Assembly: GCA_963796055.1 (NCBI GenBank)
Contig: CAWCKH010000004.1
Span: 1,600,001-1,664,000, forward strand
Direction of reading: 5' to 3'
Length of the DNA stretch: 64,000 nucleotides
From: an uncultured delta proteobacterium
GTDB taxonomy: Bacteria; Myxococcota; Myxococcia; Myxococcales; Myxococcaceae
A program made the translations under genes and the position numbers. Within the stretch, counting starts at the first letter, position 1. Each line of letters starts with the position of its first letter. Positions 30,719 to 41,058 of the stretch are shown here, piece by piece. Below the pieces are notes generated by a model that did no database searches, was not told where the DNA came from, and saw only the letters and a program-made list of their open reading frames with translations.

Positions 30719-32523
30719 TGGTAGCCCTTGGCCTGCAGGGTGAAGAGGTGGGCGTACCGGCCATCGAGCGCCATCAGCTCCTCGTGCGTGCCCTGCTCGA
30801 CGATCCGGCCCTGCTCGATGACCACGATCCGATCCGCCAGGCGCACCGTGGAGAACCGGTGCGAGATCAGGAGGGTGGTGCGCCCGCGCGCGAGCTGGCG
30901 GAAGCGCTCGAAGATGGCGTGCTCGGCCTCGGCGTCGAGCGCGGCGGTCGGCTCGTCGAGGACCAGGATGTCCGCCTCCTCGCGCATGAAGGCCCGGGCG
31001 AGCGCCACCTTCTGCCACTGGCCGCCCGAGAGCTCGGTGCCGTCCTTGAACCAGCGCCCGAGCGGCGTCTCCAGCCCGGCCGGCAGCGTCCGCAGCACCT
31101 CGTCCGCTCCGCCCCGGCCGACCGCGCGCTCGAGCCGCTCCGCGTCCTCGGCGTGCTCGACGCTGCCGAACCCGACGTTCTCGCGGAACCGGAACTGGTA
31201 CTGGTTGAAGTCCTGGAAGATGACGCCGATGCGCCGGCGGAGCGTCTCCTCGTCCCAGGTGCGCAGGTCCCGGCCGTCGAGGAGGATGCGGCCCTCGGTG
31301 GGCTCGTACAGCCGGGTCAGCAGCTTGATGAAGGTGGTCTTCCCCGCGCCGTTCTGCCCGACCAGCGCCAGGCTCTGCCCGCGGGGGATGAAGAGCGACA
31401 CGTTCCGCAGCGCCCAGCCCTCGGCGCCCGGGTAGCGGAAGCCCACGTCTTCGAAGCGAACGCCCTCTTCCTGCCCGGAAGGAAGCGCGGCGAGCTCGGG
31501 CGGAGGCGCCGGACGCCCGGTGGGGATGGCCAGGTACTCGAAGAGGTTCGACATGTAGAGGTTGTCCTCGTACATGCCGCCGATCGCGGTGAGGATGCTC
31601 TGGAACGCCTGCTGCCCCTGCCGGAAGGCGACGATGTAGAGCGTCATCAGGCCCAGGGTCAGCCGGCCCGCCGCGGTGGCCACCGCCATGAGCGCGTAGC
31701 AGACGTAGAAGGCGCCGGTGCCCACCAGGCCCAGCGCCGTGCCCCACCCGGCGCGCTGCACCGCGAGCTTCCGGTCCTCGAGGAAGAAGCGCTCTCCCAT
31801 CGAGCGGTAGCGGTCCAGCAGCACCGGGCCCAGGCCGAAGAGCTTCACCTCCTTGGCGTGCTCGTCGTTGGCCAGCACGTACTCGAGGTACATGAGCCGC
31901 CGGCTCTCCGGACTGCGCCAGTTGCGGACCCGGAAGGCGAGCGCGCTGAAGCGCATCTCGGCCACCGTCGCAGGGATGGCGGCGACCACCAGCCCGAGCA
32001 CCGCCCAGCCCGAGAAGCGGATCAGCAGCGCGACGTAGCCGGCAAGGGTGAGGACGTTCTGGACCAGCTGGAAGGACTCGGTGACCACCGAGATGGGCCG
32101 GCTCGAGGCCTCGCGGCGCGCTCGGGTGAGCCGGTCGTAGAAGTCCGGGTCCTCGAAGTGGCGCAGATCGAGCGAGAGCGCCTTCTCCAGGATCCGCTCG
32201 TTGATGGTCAGACCGAGCCGGGCGCCGAGCAGCTGGCGGATGAGGCCCAGCCCGCGGAGGGCGAACGCCTGCAGGGCGACCACGCCCAGCTCGATGAGCA
32301 CCCAGCGGAGCGTGCGGGGTCCGTCGTGGGCGACCACCGAGTCCATGATCTCCTTGCCCACGTAGGCGACCGCGAGCGGGACCACCGCCGAGACCAGGGT
32401 CATCGCCCCCAGGGCGAGCGTCAGGCGCGGCGAGGCGGACCAGACCAGGGCCAGCGTGGCCCGGGTGTGCTGGAAGCTCTCGCGGAGAATGGAGAGCCGG
32501 AATCGGGTGACGTCCTCGGCCAC
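30715..32523 (-). CDS. ABC transporter, fused permease/ATP-binding protein
   Basis: Six TMs, GQNGAGKTT, LSGGQWQ, ILVLDEPT, ISHR. Confidence 0.93.
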   Translation of the reverse strand: MAEDVTRFRLSILRESFQHTRATLALVWSASPRLTLALGAMTLVSAVVPLAVAYVGKEIMDSVVAHDGPRTLRWVLIELGVVALQAFALRGLGLIRQLLGARLGLTINERILEKALSLDLRHFEDPDFYDRLTRARREASSRPISVVTESFQLVQNVLTLAGYVALLIRFSGWAVLGLVVAAIPATVAEMRFSALAFRVRNWRSPESRRLMYLEYVLANDEHAKEVKLFGLGPVLLDRYRSMGERFFLEDRKLAVQRAGWGTALGLVGTGAFYVCYALMAVATAAGRLTLGLMTLYIVAFRQGQQAFQSILTAIGGMYEDNLYMSNLFEYLAIPTGRPAPPPELAALPSGQEEGVRFEDVGFRYPGAEGWALRNVSLFIPRGQSLALVGQNGAGKTTFIKLLTRLYEPTEGRILLDGRDLRTWDEETLRRRIGVIFQDFNQYQFRFRENVGFGSVEHAEDAERLERAVGRGGADEVLRTLPAGLETPLGRWFKDGTELSGGQWQKVALARAFMREEADILVLDEPTAALDAEAEHAIFERFRQLARGRTTLLISHRFSTVRLADRIVVIEQGRIVEQGTHEELMALDGRYAHLFTLQAKGYQ

Positions 32524-32614
32524 GGAAGGAGTGCGCTAACCCGGGCGGTCGGATGCCGCAAGCGGCGGGTCGGCACCGGAGGCGAAGACGTCTGGAACCC
32601 CCTGGCCTCCCGCC

Positions 32615-33337
32615 TCAGCTTCTGCCGGCAGGGACCGGTGCCGTCCCGACCGCGACCACCCGGCCGCGTTCGTCCTGGACGAAGGCCACGACCCGCAGCT
32701 GGTCCCGCTTCCAGCCGGGGGAGACTCCGAGCCGCAGATGGTGCTCGGAAGCGACCGGCCCCTCGTCGACCAGGAGCCGGGCCACCGGCGCGTGGGCGAG
32801 CGTGAGGCCGCGGTTCTCTCCGCGCTCCACCTTGCTCGCCAGCCGGTCCTCGGACAGCGCCACCATCAGCCGTCCCGACAGACCTGCCGGCGGACGCACC
32901 ACCACGTCCAGCCCCGGACGGGCGCTGGTCACCAGCACCTCGAGCCGCGCCTTGGCGCGCGCCGCCGCCTTCTCCACCCCGCGCCGGAGACCCGCCGAGG
33001 ACGCCACCCCGGACACCCACCCGTCGACGATCATCTGCGGCGTGTACAGCCCCTCACCGCCGAGGGTCCGCGCGTATTCCTCCTGCCGCGCGGTGAAGTC
33101 GGGCGACGAGAACGGGTCGGCCCAGCCGAGCTGGTTCCAGTAGTCCACGTGCAGCTCGAGCGGGATGACCTCGGCGGTCTTGAACATGGCGTCACGGGCG
33201 AGCGCGGCGAGCGCCGCATCCGCGGGCGGGCAGGAGGAGCACCCCTCCGAGGTGAAGAGCTCCACAAGGACGGGGGGACGAGGCTCGGCGGTGGCGAGCG
33301 CAGGACCGAGGACGGCGAGGGCGAGAAGAGAACGCAT
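32615..33337 (-). CDS. DUF1223 thioredoxin-like secreted protein
   Basis: Signal peptide. VELFTSEGCSSCPPAD, HVDYWN..GW.DPFS, YTPQMIVDG. Confidence 0.88.
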   Translation of the reverse strand: MRSLLALAVLGPALATAEPRPPVLVELFTSEGCSSCPPADAALAALARDAMFKTAEVIPLELHVDYWNQLGWADPFSSPDFTARQEEYARTLGGEGLYTPQMIVDGWVSGVASSAGLRRGVEKAAARAKARLEVLVTSARPGLDVVVRPPAGLSGRLMVALSEDRLASKVERGENRGLTLAHAPVARLLVDEGPVASEHHLRLGVSPGWKRDQLRVVAFVQDERGRVVAVGTAPVPAGRS

Positions 33338-33345
33338 GGATGAGC

Positions 33346-34092
33346 TCAGGGGACGTGACTCCGGGTCGACAGCGCGCGCCGGAGCGGGATGGCGAGCAGG
33401 GCCAGCGCCAGCCAGGGAAGAACGTGGAAGCCCATGAGGTGCGGCGCGCTGCCGTCGGTGCAATGCCAGTGAAGCGCGAAGAGGCCGGTCGCCGCCGCGG
33501 AGAGCGCCAGGGCCACCGTCCTCGCCGCATCGAGCGCCATGCCCCGCAGGAGCGCCAGCCCCACCGCCAGCGGGATCACCGCGGTGAGCACCACGGTGAC
33601 CAGGCACGGCAGCGCCGCCCGGGTCGTGGTGGCGGTGTGGACGCCGTTGCCGGAGAGGACGAGCAGGAGCGGCACGATGGGCACGAGCAGCAGCATCCAG
33701 CGTGGCTTTCGGCGCCCGGGCGCGAGCGCCAGCACGCTCCCCAGGGTCACCACCGCGAGGAGGACCGCGCCGACCACGGCCAGCGCCATGTGGTGCGCCA
33801 TCGGCGAGCTCCAGTTGTGGGCGCCGAGGGCCGCCGCGACCACGAAGGCGAGCACGGCCTGTAGCAGGGCAATCCGTCCCGCGTCGCGGGTCCACGGCCG
33901 CACCGCCGTGGCGCGGAGCGCCTCCAGGGCACGGCGGCGGATCGCCTCGAGGGAGGGGGGCGGTGCGGCATCCTGCACCTGCTCCTCCGGGAGCATCGGG
34001 CTGCACCGAGGGCATCCGCGTGCGTGGGCGCGGGCCGCGTCGTCCAGCCGATCCGAGGTGAGCGCGTCGAGGAAGCGGTCGCAGTCGCTCAT
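33346..34092 (-). CDS. NrsF/DUF1109-type membrane anti-sigma factor
   Basis: ATGA-coupled to the ECF sigma. HARGCPRC (HxxxCxxC), about 6 TMs, LHWHC...FHVLP. Confidence 0.8.
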   Translation of the reverse strand: MSDCDRFLDALTSDRLDDAARAHARGCPRCSPMLPEEQVQDAAPPPSLEAIRRRALEALRATAVRPWTRDAGRIALLQAVLAFVVAAALGAHNWSSPMAHHMALAVVGAVLLAVVTLGSVLALAPGRRKPRWMLLLVPIVPLLLVLSGNGVHTATTTRAALPCLVTVVLTAVIPLAVGLALLRGMALDAARTVALALSAAATGLFALHWHCTDGSAPHLMGFHVLPWLALALLAIPLRRALSTRSHVP

Positions 34093-34661
34093 GCGGACTC
34101 CCTCTCCGAGGCGAGCAGCACCCGAAGGCGCTCGTAGCCGCGGTGGGCGCGCACCTTCACCGCGGTCTCGGTCACCCCGAGCAGCTCGGCGATCTCCTTG
34201 AACGAGAACCCCTCGAATCGGTGGAGCACGATGGCCTCCCGCTGGGAGTCGGGCAGCTTCGCCAGTGCCTTCTCCACCGTGCGCGACAGCCCTGGGTCCG
34301 GAAGCGGGGCCGGATCGGCGGGTGTTTCGGGCAGCTCGTCGGCCGGGAGCGGCTCCTCGCGGCGGTGTCGCCGCAGGTGGTCCCGCGCGGCGTTGACCGC
34401 CACCGTGTAGAGCCACGGCCGGAAGGGAGCCCCGCGCTCGTACCGGCCCCGGGCGCGGACGATGGAGAGGAACGTCGTCTGAAGAACGTCGTCCGCAGCA
34501 GCGCCGACCATCCGGCGCAGCGCTCCCTGGAGGCGGCCGGCATGCCGCGTGAACAGCTCCGAAAAGGCCTGTTCCTCTCCCTGGACGAATCGCTCCATCA
34601 GCTGCTCATCGGTCTCGGTGCTTCCCGAGGGAGTACGCACGAGGGGCGGAACGGGTTTCAC
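34089..34661 (-). CDS. ECF RNA polymerase sigma factor
   Basis: TDEQLM..F..L, DDVLQTTF, FRPWLYTVAVN..RD, L.KLP..QR, FKEIAELLG...AVKVRAHR. Confidence 0.92.
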   Translation of the reverse strand: MKPVPPLVRTPSGSTETDEQLMERFVQGEEQAFSELFTRHAGRLQGALRRMVGAAADDVLQTTFLSIVRARGRYERGAPFRPWLYTVAVNAARDHLRRHRREEPLPADELPETPADPAPLPDPGLSRTVEKALAKLPDSQREAIVLHRFEGFSFKEIAELLGVTETAVKVRAHRGYERLRVLLASERESA

Positions 34662-34792
34662 CAGGGCCCCGGGCTTACCACGCGTGCCCCGTTCGGCCGG
34701 TTGTTGCTCCCCGGCGAACGGTGGATTCCAGGGCGCTCCAGGTTGCGGCCGGGCCGGGAAGGATGAAGGTGAAGGCTCCGAGGAGCCCCCCG

Positions 34793-35671
34793 ATGCCCAC
34801 CCCCCGACCCGTCACCCGCCTCATCCAGGCCCACACTCAGGAAGAGGGAGGCGGCTTCGTCGTCCGCCGTCCGTTCCCCGCGCCCGGCCTGGTGCAGATC
34901 GATCCCTTCCTCCTCCTCGACGAGATGGGTCCCGTGGAGTACCGGCCGGGAGAGGCGGTGGGCGCGCCGGATCACCCCCACCGCGGCTTCGAGACGGTCA
35001 CCTACGCACTCGAGGGTGACTTCGAGCACGAGGATTCGGCCGGTCACCGGGGCCACATCGGACCCGGCGACGTGCAGTGGATGACCGCCGGCGCGGGAGT
35101 GGTGCACTCGGAGCTGCCCGCTCCGCGCATTCGCGAGGAGGGCGGCCGGGTCCACGGGTTCCAGATCTGGGTGAACCTACCCCGGCGCGACAAGATGATG
35201 CCGCCGCGCTACCAGGAGATCCCCAGCGCCCGGCTGCCCGAGCGCGCCACCGAGGACGGCCTGGCCAGGGTCCGGCTCCTCGCCGGCGAGGCGCTGGGCG
35301 GCAAGGCGGTCATCGAGACCCGGACCCCGGTCCTGCTGCAGGACTGGACGCTCTTGCCCGGTGCGCGGGTGGAGGTTCCGGTCCCGGCAGACCACCAGGT
35401 GTTCGCCTACGTGTTTGGCGGCACGCTGCGCGCCGGCCCCGAGGGGCGGGAAGTGCGCGACGGACAGGCGGCACTGTTCGGAGAGGGTGATGCCGTCCGG
35501 CTCTCGGTCCCCGGCGAGGCGAAGGCTCCGGCGCGGCTGCTCCTCCTCGGCGGCGTGCCGTTGCGGGAGCCAGTGGCCCGCTACGGCCCGTTCGTCATGA
35601 ACAGCCCGGAGGAGATCCACCAGGCCATCGTGGACTTCCAGGCGGGGCGCCTGGGCGCGATCGATCGCTGA
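34793..35671 (+). CDS. Pirin family protein
   Basis: DPFLLLDE, HPHRGFETVT, HEDSAG, QWMTAG.G..HSE, YGPFVMN. Confidence 0.92.
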   Translation: MPTPRPVTRLIQAHTQEEGGGFVVRRPFPAPGLVQIDPFLLLDEMGPVEYRPGEAVGAPDHPHRGFETVTYALEGDFEHEDSAGHRGHIGPGDVQWMTAGAGVVHSELPAPRIREEGGRVHGFQIWVNLPRRDKMMPPRYQEIPSARLPERATEDGLARVRLLAGEALGGKAVIETRTPVLLQDWTLLPGARVEVPVPADHQVFAYVFGGTLRAGPEGREVRDGQAALFGEGDAVRLSVPGEAKAPARLLLLGGVPLREPVARYGPFVMNSPEEIHQAIVDFQAGRLGAIDR

Positions 35672-35704
35672 GCGCACTGCCCCCCGCTCCCAGGGGAGCC
35701 GGGG

Positions 35705-36334
35705 TCACTTCGCCGGTGGGGGCGCTTTGGCGGGCTCGACCGGGGCCGGCGCTCCGGCCGGTGCGGAGGTGGCGCTGGCCGTCGCTGCCTCGGCCCGGCG
35801 CCTGGCGTCCGCCTCGGCCTCGGTGCGCATCGCGGCGAGTCCCTTCTCGAAGTCCTTGCCGATCATCGCGTCCATGTCCGCGAACAGCGTGAAGGCCTTG
35901 CCGAGGAAGTTGTTGGTGCCGCTCATCACCCAGCTGACCTGCGTCCCGCCCGACTCGGGGCGGAAGCTGAACTCGGTCTGGCTGACGCCGGGCATCGGCT
36001 TGATGAACTCGAGCCGGATGCCGACCTCCTGTGCCGGCCGGCTCTCGGTGATGCGCATGTTCCCCTCGCCGACCTTGGCGTTCCCGGTCCAGGCATAGGT
36101 GGCGCCGACGCCCGAGGGCGGACCGCCGTAGGTGGTCTTCATCGTCGGGTCGAGCTTGGCCCAGGGCGACCAGCGGTCCCAGGCGTGGAAGTCGTTGACC
36201 AGTCCGAACACCACGTCCGGCGGCGCGGCGATGCGGGTGCTCCGCTCCACGCGGTAAGTCGAAGGGCGGGTGGCGATGACCACCAGCAGGACGACGATCA
36301 GAGCGGCGAAGCCGATGAGCACCTTGCGGAGCAT
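35705..36334 (-). CDS. SRPBCC (polyketide cyclase-like) protein with N-terminal TM
   Basis: SD GGAGG. VERS..I.APP..VF..VNDF..W..WSPW, GKDFEKGL. Confidence 0.85.
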   Translation of the reverse strand: MLRKVLIGFAALIVVLLVVIATRPSTYRVERSTRIAAPPDVVFGLVNDFHAWDRWSPWAKLDPTMKTTYGGPPSGVGATYAWTGNAKVGEGNMRITESRPAQEVGIRLEFIKPMPGVSQTEFSFRPESGGTQVSWVMSGTNNFLGKAFTLFADMDAMIGKDFEKGLAAMRTEAEADARRRAEAATASATSAPAGAPAPVEPAKAPPPAK

Positions 36335-36510
36335 GGCGATGCACCTCCACCCGCCGTGCCCGATGGGCGCCGGGGGCCACCGATCCCGCCTAGCACGGGC
36401 CGGGTCCCGGCCGCAGCCCACAGTCCGCGAGCTGCCCGGCCTCGTGGGCGAGAGGTGGTGCAGATGGCCCACGCTTCCCTGCGCGCACAGGGGGCGGCCA
36501 CCGATGAAGC

Positions 36511-37506
36511 TCAGCGGCGCTTGAGGACCGGCAGTGGCGCCGGGCCGGCGAGCTCGGTTGCGCCCTTCATCGCCTCGGCCACCTTCGCCCGGGCGGCCAG
36601 CGCGGCGAGCCGGGCCTTGCCGAACATCGCCGGCATGGTCTTGAGCGCGGCATGCTCCTCCGGCGTGTACTTCTCGAAGGCGAACTTCACCGAGTCCGAC
36701 GGCAACCGGAGGTCCCACACCAGCCCCAGCGCCGACAGCGCCTTCAGCACGTAGAAGCTCGCGTCCACCTCCCACCAGAACCAGCCCTGGTTGGCGGTGT
36801 TCTGGTGGTAGTGGTGGTTGTTGTGCCAGCCCTCGCCGCAGGTCACCAGCGCGAGGAGGAAGTTGTTCCGGCTGGTGTCGGTGGTCTTGTACCGGCGCGA
36901 GCCGAACACGTGGCTGAGCGAGTTGATGGTGAAGGTGCCGTGCCAGAGCAGCACCGTGCTCACGAAGAAGCCCCACACCAGCAGCGGGAAGCCGCCGATG
37001 AGGAACGTCGCCACGCCCAGGAGCGTGGGCGGGAGCAGGTAGAAGCGGTTCAAGAACCGCAGCTCGGGGAAGCGGGCGAAGTCGCGGATCGCCTCCTCAC
37101 GGGTCTCGGTGTACCGGTCGGAGAGGATCCACCCCACGTGGCTCCACCAGAAGCCATCCTGGAGCGGCGAGTGCAGATCCGTCGGCTGGTCCGACTCGCG
37201 GTGGTGGTGCCGGTGGTTCGCCGCCCACCACAGCACGCCCTTCTGGGCCGAGGTCTCGGCGGCGAACGCGAGCAGGAACTGGAACACCCGCGACGTCTTG
37301 AAGGAGCGGTGGGCGAAGTACCGGTGGTAGCCGGAGGTCACCGCCCACATGCGCACGTAGTAGAGCGCCACCGCCCAGACCACGTAGGACCAGTGGAAGG
37401 CCACGAAGAACGGGGCGACCAGGGCAAAGACGTGGACGGCGAAGAACGGGGTCGAGGTGACCCAGTTGATGCGGTGCTCCCGGGCGGGTGCGGCGGCGTT
37501 CGACAT
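36511..37506 (-). CDS. Fatty acid (acyl-CoA delta-9 type) desaturase
   Basis: His boxes HRYFAH, HRHHH and GEGWHNNHH. Confidence 0.92.
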   Translation of the reverse strand: MSNAAAPAREHRINWVTSTPFFAVHVFALVAPFFVAFHWSYVVWAVALYYVRMWAVTSGYHRYFAHRSFKTSRVFQFLLAFAAETSAQKGVLWWAANHRHHHRESDQPTDLHSPLQDGFWWSHVGWILSDRYTETREEAIRDFARFPELRFLNRFYLLPPTLLGVATFLIGGFPLLVWGFFVSTVLLWHGTFTINSLSHVFGSRRYKTTDTSRNNFLLALVTCGEGWHNNHHYHQNTANQGWFWWEVDASFYVLKALSALGLVWDLRLPSDSVKFAFEKYTPEEHAALKTMPAMFGKARLAALAARAKVAEAMKGATELAGPAPLPVLKRR

Positions 37507-37562
37507 CGAGTCCTCTGGCGAGAGTGCGAGGAGCAGGATGGGCCCCCCCTGTCAGGGCTCTG

Positions 37563-38945
37563 TCAGGACGCCGCAGATTTCCCGAGCGATGCCAGCCATT
37601 CCTGAAAGCCTGGCTCGCCCGCCAGAGGAGCGAGGTCCGGGTCGCTGGCGGCAGCTTCACGGTCGGAGTAGCCCAGCTCACGCGCGCGGACCAGGAGGGC
37701 GATGGCCCGGCGGACGTCCCCGGCGCGTGCATAGGCGCAGGCGACCTCATAGGCCCGGGCCGCGGTGGGCCGGCGGGCCAGGGACTCCTCCCCGAAGCGT
37801 GCCGCCTCCGAGTATGCGCCCCGGAGGAACGCGACCCGCTCCGCGCGCTCGTAGGCCGTCGCCAGGTCCACTCCCGGCAGACCGGCCGCCGCGGCCAGGT
37901 GCCCCTGCCGGATGAGCGCCCCGGCCCACTCGTGGAGGATGGTGGGGTCCCGGGTGTGGCGCGCGGCCTGTTCCCAGAGCGGGATGGCCCGCGCGTCGTC
38001 TCCGATGAGGCTGAAGGCGGCGGCGACGGCCTGTGGCTCGACCGGGCGACCCTGGACCTGGCTGAACTCGTCCAGCGCGCGCCGCCCCTCACCCTCCTTC
38101 AGCGCCACCCAGCCCAGCAGGTGGTGGATGCGCGAGCGGAGGGCGACGGAGAGCTCACCGCCAAGCAGGCCCGATGCCAGCGCGCGGGCGGCGTCCAGCT
38201 TTCCCGCCCGGAAGAGCGCCTCGGCTTCCTGGAGCTGCGGCGGCGCCGGCCCGTCGGGCTCGGTCCGCCAGAACGCGACCAGCGCCTGGAAGTTCTGGAA
38301 GCCGAACAGCAGGAGGAAGACCAGCAGCACCGGGTCGCCGCCGCCTGACCGGTAGAGCAGGAAGGCGAGCCCGGCGCAGGTGAGAACCCCGATCCCCAGC
38401 GCCGCGACCACTCCGCCCCGGCCGAAGATGCGGCCGAGCACCGCCCGGCTGATCCGCCCCCCGTCCATCGGCAGGATGGGGAGCAGGTTCAGGACGGCCC
38501 AGCCGGCGTTCGCCCATGCGGCGAGCTGGAGTCCCCTGTTGACCGCGTCCCCCGAGGGGAAGGCGTGCGACGCCCGCCAGCAGAGCAAGCCGAGGCTGGC
38601 CCCGAACAGGGGCCCGGCGAGCGTGCAGACCACGTCCTTCCCCCAGCTGAGCGGGGCGTCGGTGGCCGGGGTGGTGAGCCCCCCGAACATCACCAGCTGG
38701 ACCGTCGATCGGTAGCCGAAGGCCCGGAAAGCGAGGGCGTGCCCCAGCTCGTGAACCAGGACCGAGACGAACACCACCACGATCCAGGTGACGACCAGCG
38801 TCCCCTTGGCGGCCGGGGAGGCGTCGGGGCCGAGATTCTGCGCGCCCCACAGGCCGAACATCAGGCCCACCAGGAAGTGGGCCGGATGAACCAGCACGGA
38901 GATGGAGCCGAGGCGGAAGCGAAGCACGGCCCCGTCACCTAACAC
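37563..38945 (-). CDS. Site-2 protease (M50) with C-terminal TPRs
   Basis: HELGH, LAGP, NLLPILPMDGG and TPR helices. Exact start uncertain. Confidence 0.85.
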   Translation of the reverse strand: MLGDGAVLRFRLGSISVLVHPAHFLVGLMFGLWGAQNLGPDASPAAKGTLVVTWIVVVFVSVLVHELGHALAFRAFGYRSTVQLVMFGGLTTPATDAPLSWGKDVVCTLAGPLFGASLGLLCWRASHAFPSGDAVNRGLQLAAWANAGWAVLNLLPILPMDGGRISRAVLGRIFGRGGVVAALGIGVLTCAGLAFLLYRSGGGDPVLLVFLLLFGFQNFQALVAFWRTEPDGPAPPQLQEAEALFRAGKLDAARALASGLLGGELSVALRSRIHHLLGWVALKEGEGRRALDEFSQVQGRPVEPQAVAAAFSLIGDDARAIPLWEQAARHTRDPTILHEWAGALIRQGHLAAAAGLPGVDLATAYERAERVAFLRGAYSEAARFGEESLARRPTAARAYEVACAYARAGDVRRAIALLVRARELGYSDREAAASDPDLAPLAGEPGFQEWLASLGKSAAS

Positions 38946-39003
38946 CCCGGACGGGGGTCCTGCGCGGGAGAAGGGGGTCGTGCTATGCGGCGGGCCGATT
39001 CGA

Positions 39004-40014
39004 ATGCTGCGGCTCGGCCCCTACCCACTGAGGAACCCCTGGGTGCTCGCCCCCATGGCGGGGGTGAGCGAGCAGCCCTTCCGCGTCCTCGCCTTCCGGA
39101 TGGGGGCGGCCCTGTGCCCCACCGAGCTGGTGAGCGCGCAGGGCCTGATGCGCGCCAACGCCCGCTCGGTGCGCTACCTGCGGCACGACGCCGAGGTGGA
39201 GCGCCCGTACTCGTTGCAGATCTTCGGCGGCGAGCCCGAGGTGATGGTGAGCGCGGCGCTGCTGGGCAAGCAGTGGGGCGCGCAGATCATCGACGTGAAC
39301 ATGGGTTGCCCGGTGAAGAAGGTGACCAGGAACGGGGCCGGCTCGGCGCTGCTCTGTGACCCCCTCCGCGCCGCGGCCATCGTCCGGGCCATCCACCAGG
39401 AGACCGGGCTTCCGGTGACGGCGAAGATCCGCAGTGGCTGGGACGCGCAGCACCGGAACTATCTGGAGATGGCGGCGGCGCTCGAGGATGCCGGCTGCGT
39501 GGGCCTGGCGGTGCATCCGCGGACCCGCGCCCAGGGCTACGCCGGGGAGGCGGACTGGTCGGTCATTGCCGATCTGCGGAAGCACGTCCGGGCGATGACG
39601 CTGATCGGGAACGGCGACGTGAAGTCGCCGGCCGACGCGCTGCGGATGCGCGAGACCACCGGCTGTGACCTGGTGATGATCGGTCGCGGCGCGCTGGGCA
39701 ATCCGTGGATCTTCCGCCAGCTCGAGGGCGGGGCGGCGCCGGACGCCGACGAGCGGTGCCAGGTGGTACTCGGCCACTTCCGGGCGCAGGTGGCCTTCGT
39801 CGGCGACCCGCTGGCGGCGGTCCGGAGCTTTCGCAAGCACCTCGCGTGGTACGCGCACGGGCTCCGGGGCGCGGCGGCCTTCCGCGCCGAGGTGAACCAG
39901 CTGGTCCAGCCGGAGCAGGTCGAGCTCACCGTCCGGCGCTTCTTCCAGCAGGCCGAGACGGACGCGGCCTCCGTCGAGGAGCAGGACGTGGACTACCGCG
40001 CCGCCCTCGGCTGA
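39004..40014 (+). CDS. dusB: tRNA-dihydrouridine synthase B
   Basis: LAPMAGV, DVNMGCPVKKV, GAGSALL, KIRSGW, H.RTR.QGY, GNGD, MIGRGALGNPW. Confidence 0.93.
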   Translation: MLRLGPYPLRNPWVLAPMAGVSEQPFRVLAFRMGAALCPTELVSAQGLMRANARSVRYLRHDAEVERPYSLQIFGGEPEVMVSAALLGKQWGAQIIDVNMGCPVKKVTRNGAGSALLCDPLRAAAIVRAIHQETGLPVTAKIRSGWDAQHRNYLEMAAALEDAGCVGLAVHPRTRAQGYAGEADWSVIADLRKHVRAMTLIGNGDVKSPADALRMRETTGCDLVMIGRGALGNPWIFRQLEGGAAPDADERCQVVLGHFRAQVAFVGDPLAAVRSFRKHLAWYAHGLRGAAAFRAEVNQLVQPEQVELTVRRFFQQAETDAASVEEQDVDYRAALG

Positions 40015-40035
40015 GACATCCGGCGCGGGCAGCGG

Positions 40036-40926
40036 TCAGCGCTGGCGCCGCGACCCTGCGGGCTGCGCGCGCGCCGCGGCCTCGTGCAGGACCTCCACCA
40101 GCGTTGCCCGGAGCGTGGCGACGCTCCCGTGCGAAGCGTCGCCGGCCGCCTCGACCCGGAAGGCCATCGAGGGAAGCGCGGGCAACCGTCGGTCCCGCAG
40201 CGCGAGGACGCGCGGCGGCGTCGCGAGCTCGGTGCGGACCGTCACCCCGAGGCCGGCCGACACCGCCGCCCAGAGGCCGGAGAGGCTCGGGCTGCTGAAG
40301 ACCACGCGCCAGGGCAACCCCGCCCGGTCGAGCGCCTCGAGCGCGAGCCGGCGGAAGGTGCAGGGCGGCTCGAAGAGGACGAGCGGGAGCGGGGTCCCGG
40401 CGCCCCAGCGGAACTTCCTGGCGGCGAGCCAGCGGACGGCGAGCTGCGCCTCCTCCGGGTCGGGGCGCCCGGGCTCGGGGTCGAAGGTCACCGCGAGATC
40501 GACCGCCCCACTCGACACCAAGTCTTTCAATGCCACATTTCGTTCCACCCGCACCTCCAGCTGGACGTGCGGATGGGCCCGGGTGAAGCGCGCCAGCGCC
40601 GTGGGGAGCCACCGCTCGGCGACGTCCTGCGGGAGCCCCAGGCGAATGGTCGCCCCGGCCACGTCCTCGCGCAGCGCCTCGAGCAGCTGGTCGTTCAGGG
40701 TGAGCATCCGGCGACCGGCGGCCAGCACGCGCTCCCCCTCGGAGTTGAGCTCGAGCCTTCGGCCCGACTTGCGGAAGAGTGGACGCCCACACTGCGACTC
40801 CAGCCGCTTCAGCTGCAGGCTGACCGCGCTGAGCGTGCGCCCCACCCGCCGGGAGGCGCGGGCCAGGGTGCCCGTCTCCTGCACCACGGAGAGGGTTCGC
40901 AGCAGGTCGAGGTCCAGGGTCTGCAC
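40036..40926 (-). CDS. LysR-family transcriptional regulator
   Basis: GTG 40926. LDLDLLRT...SAVSLQLKRLE...LFRK HTH plus a substrate-binding domain. Confidence 0.92.
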   Translation of the reverse strand: MQTLDLDLLRTLSVVQETGTLARASRRVGRTLSAVSLQLKRLESQCGRPLFRKSGRRLELNSEGERVLAAGRRMLTLNDQLLEALREDVAGATIRLGLPQDVAERWLPTALARFTRAHPHVQLEVRVERNVALKDLVSSGAVDLAVTFDPEPGRPDPEEAQLAVRWLAARKFRWGAGTPLPLVLFEPPCTFRRLALEALDRAGLPWRVVFSSPSLSGLWAAVSAGLGVTVRTELATPPRVLALRDRRLPALPSMAFRVEAAGDASHGSVATLRATLVEVLHEAAARAQPAGSRRQR

Positions 40927-40944
40927 GGTGGACTCCGGTGTCGG

Positions 40945-40991
40945 TTGAATAGTTCTCAAGTAGAGCTCAAGAACTTTGAGATTTTCTTGAG
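40945..40991. promoter_or_regulatory. LysR-type operator region between divergent genes
   Basis: AT-rich island with TTGA-N7-TCAA (40945-40959, T-N11-A) and CTCAA-N5-TTGAG (40966-40980). Confidence 0.7.
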
Positions 40992-41058
40992 CACGGGCGG
41001 ACGGTACACGACCCACCCTGGCCGCGCCAGCCCGGCCGGCCATACCAGGAGTCCCGTC

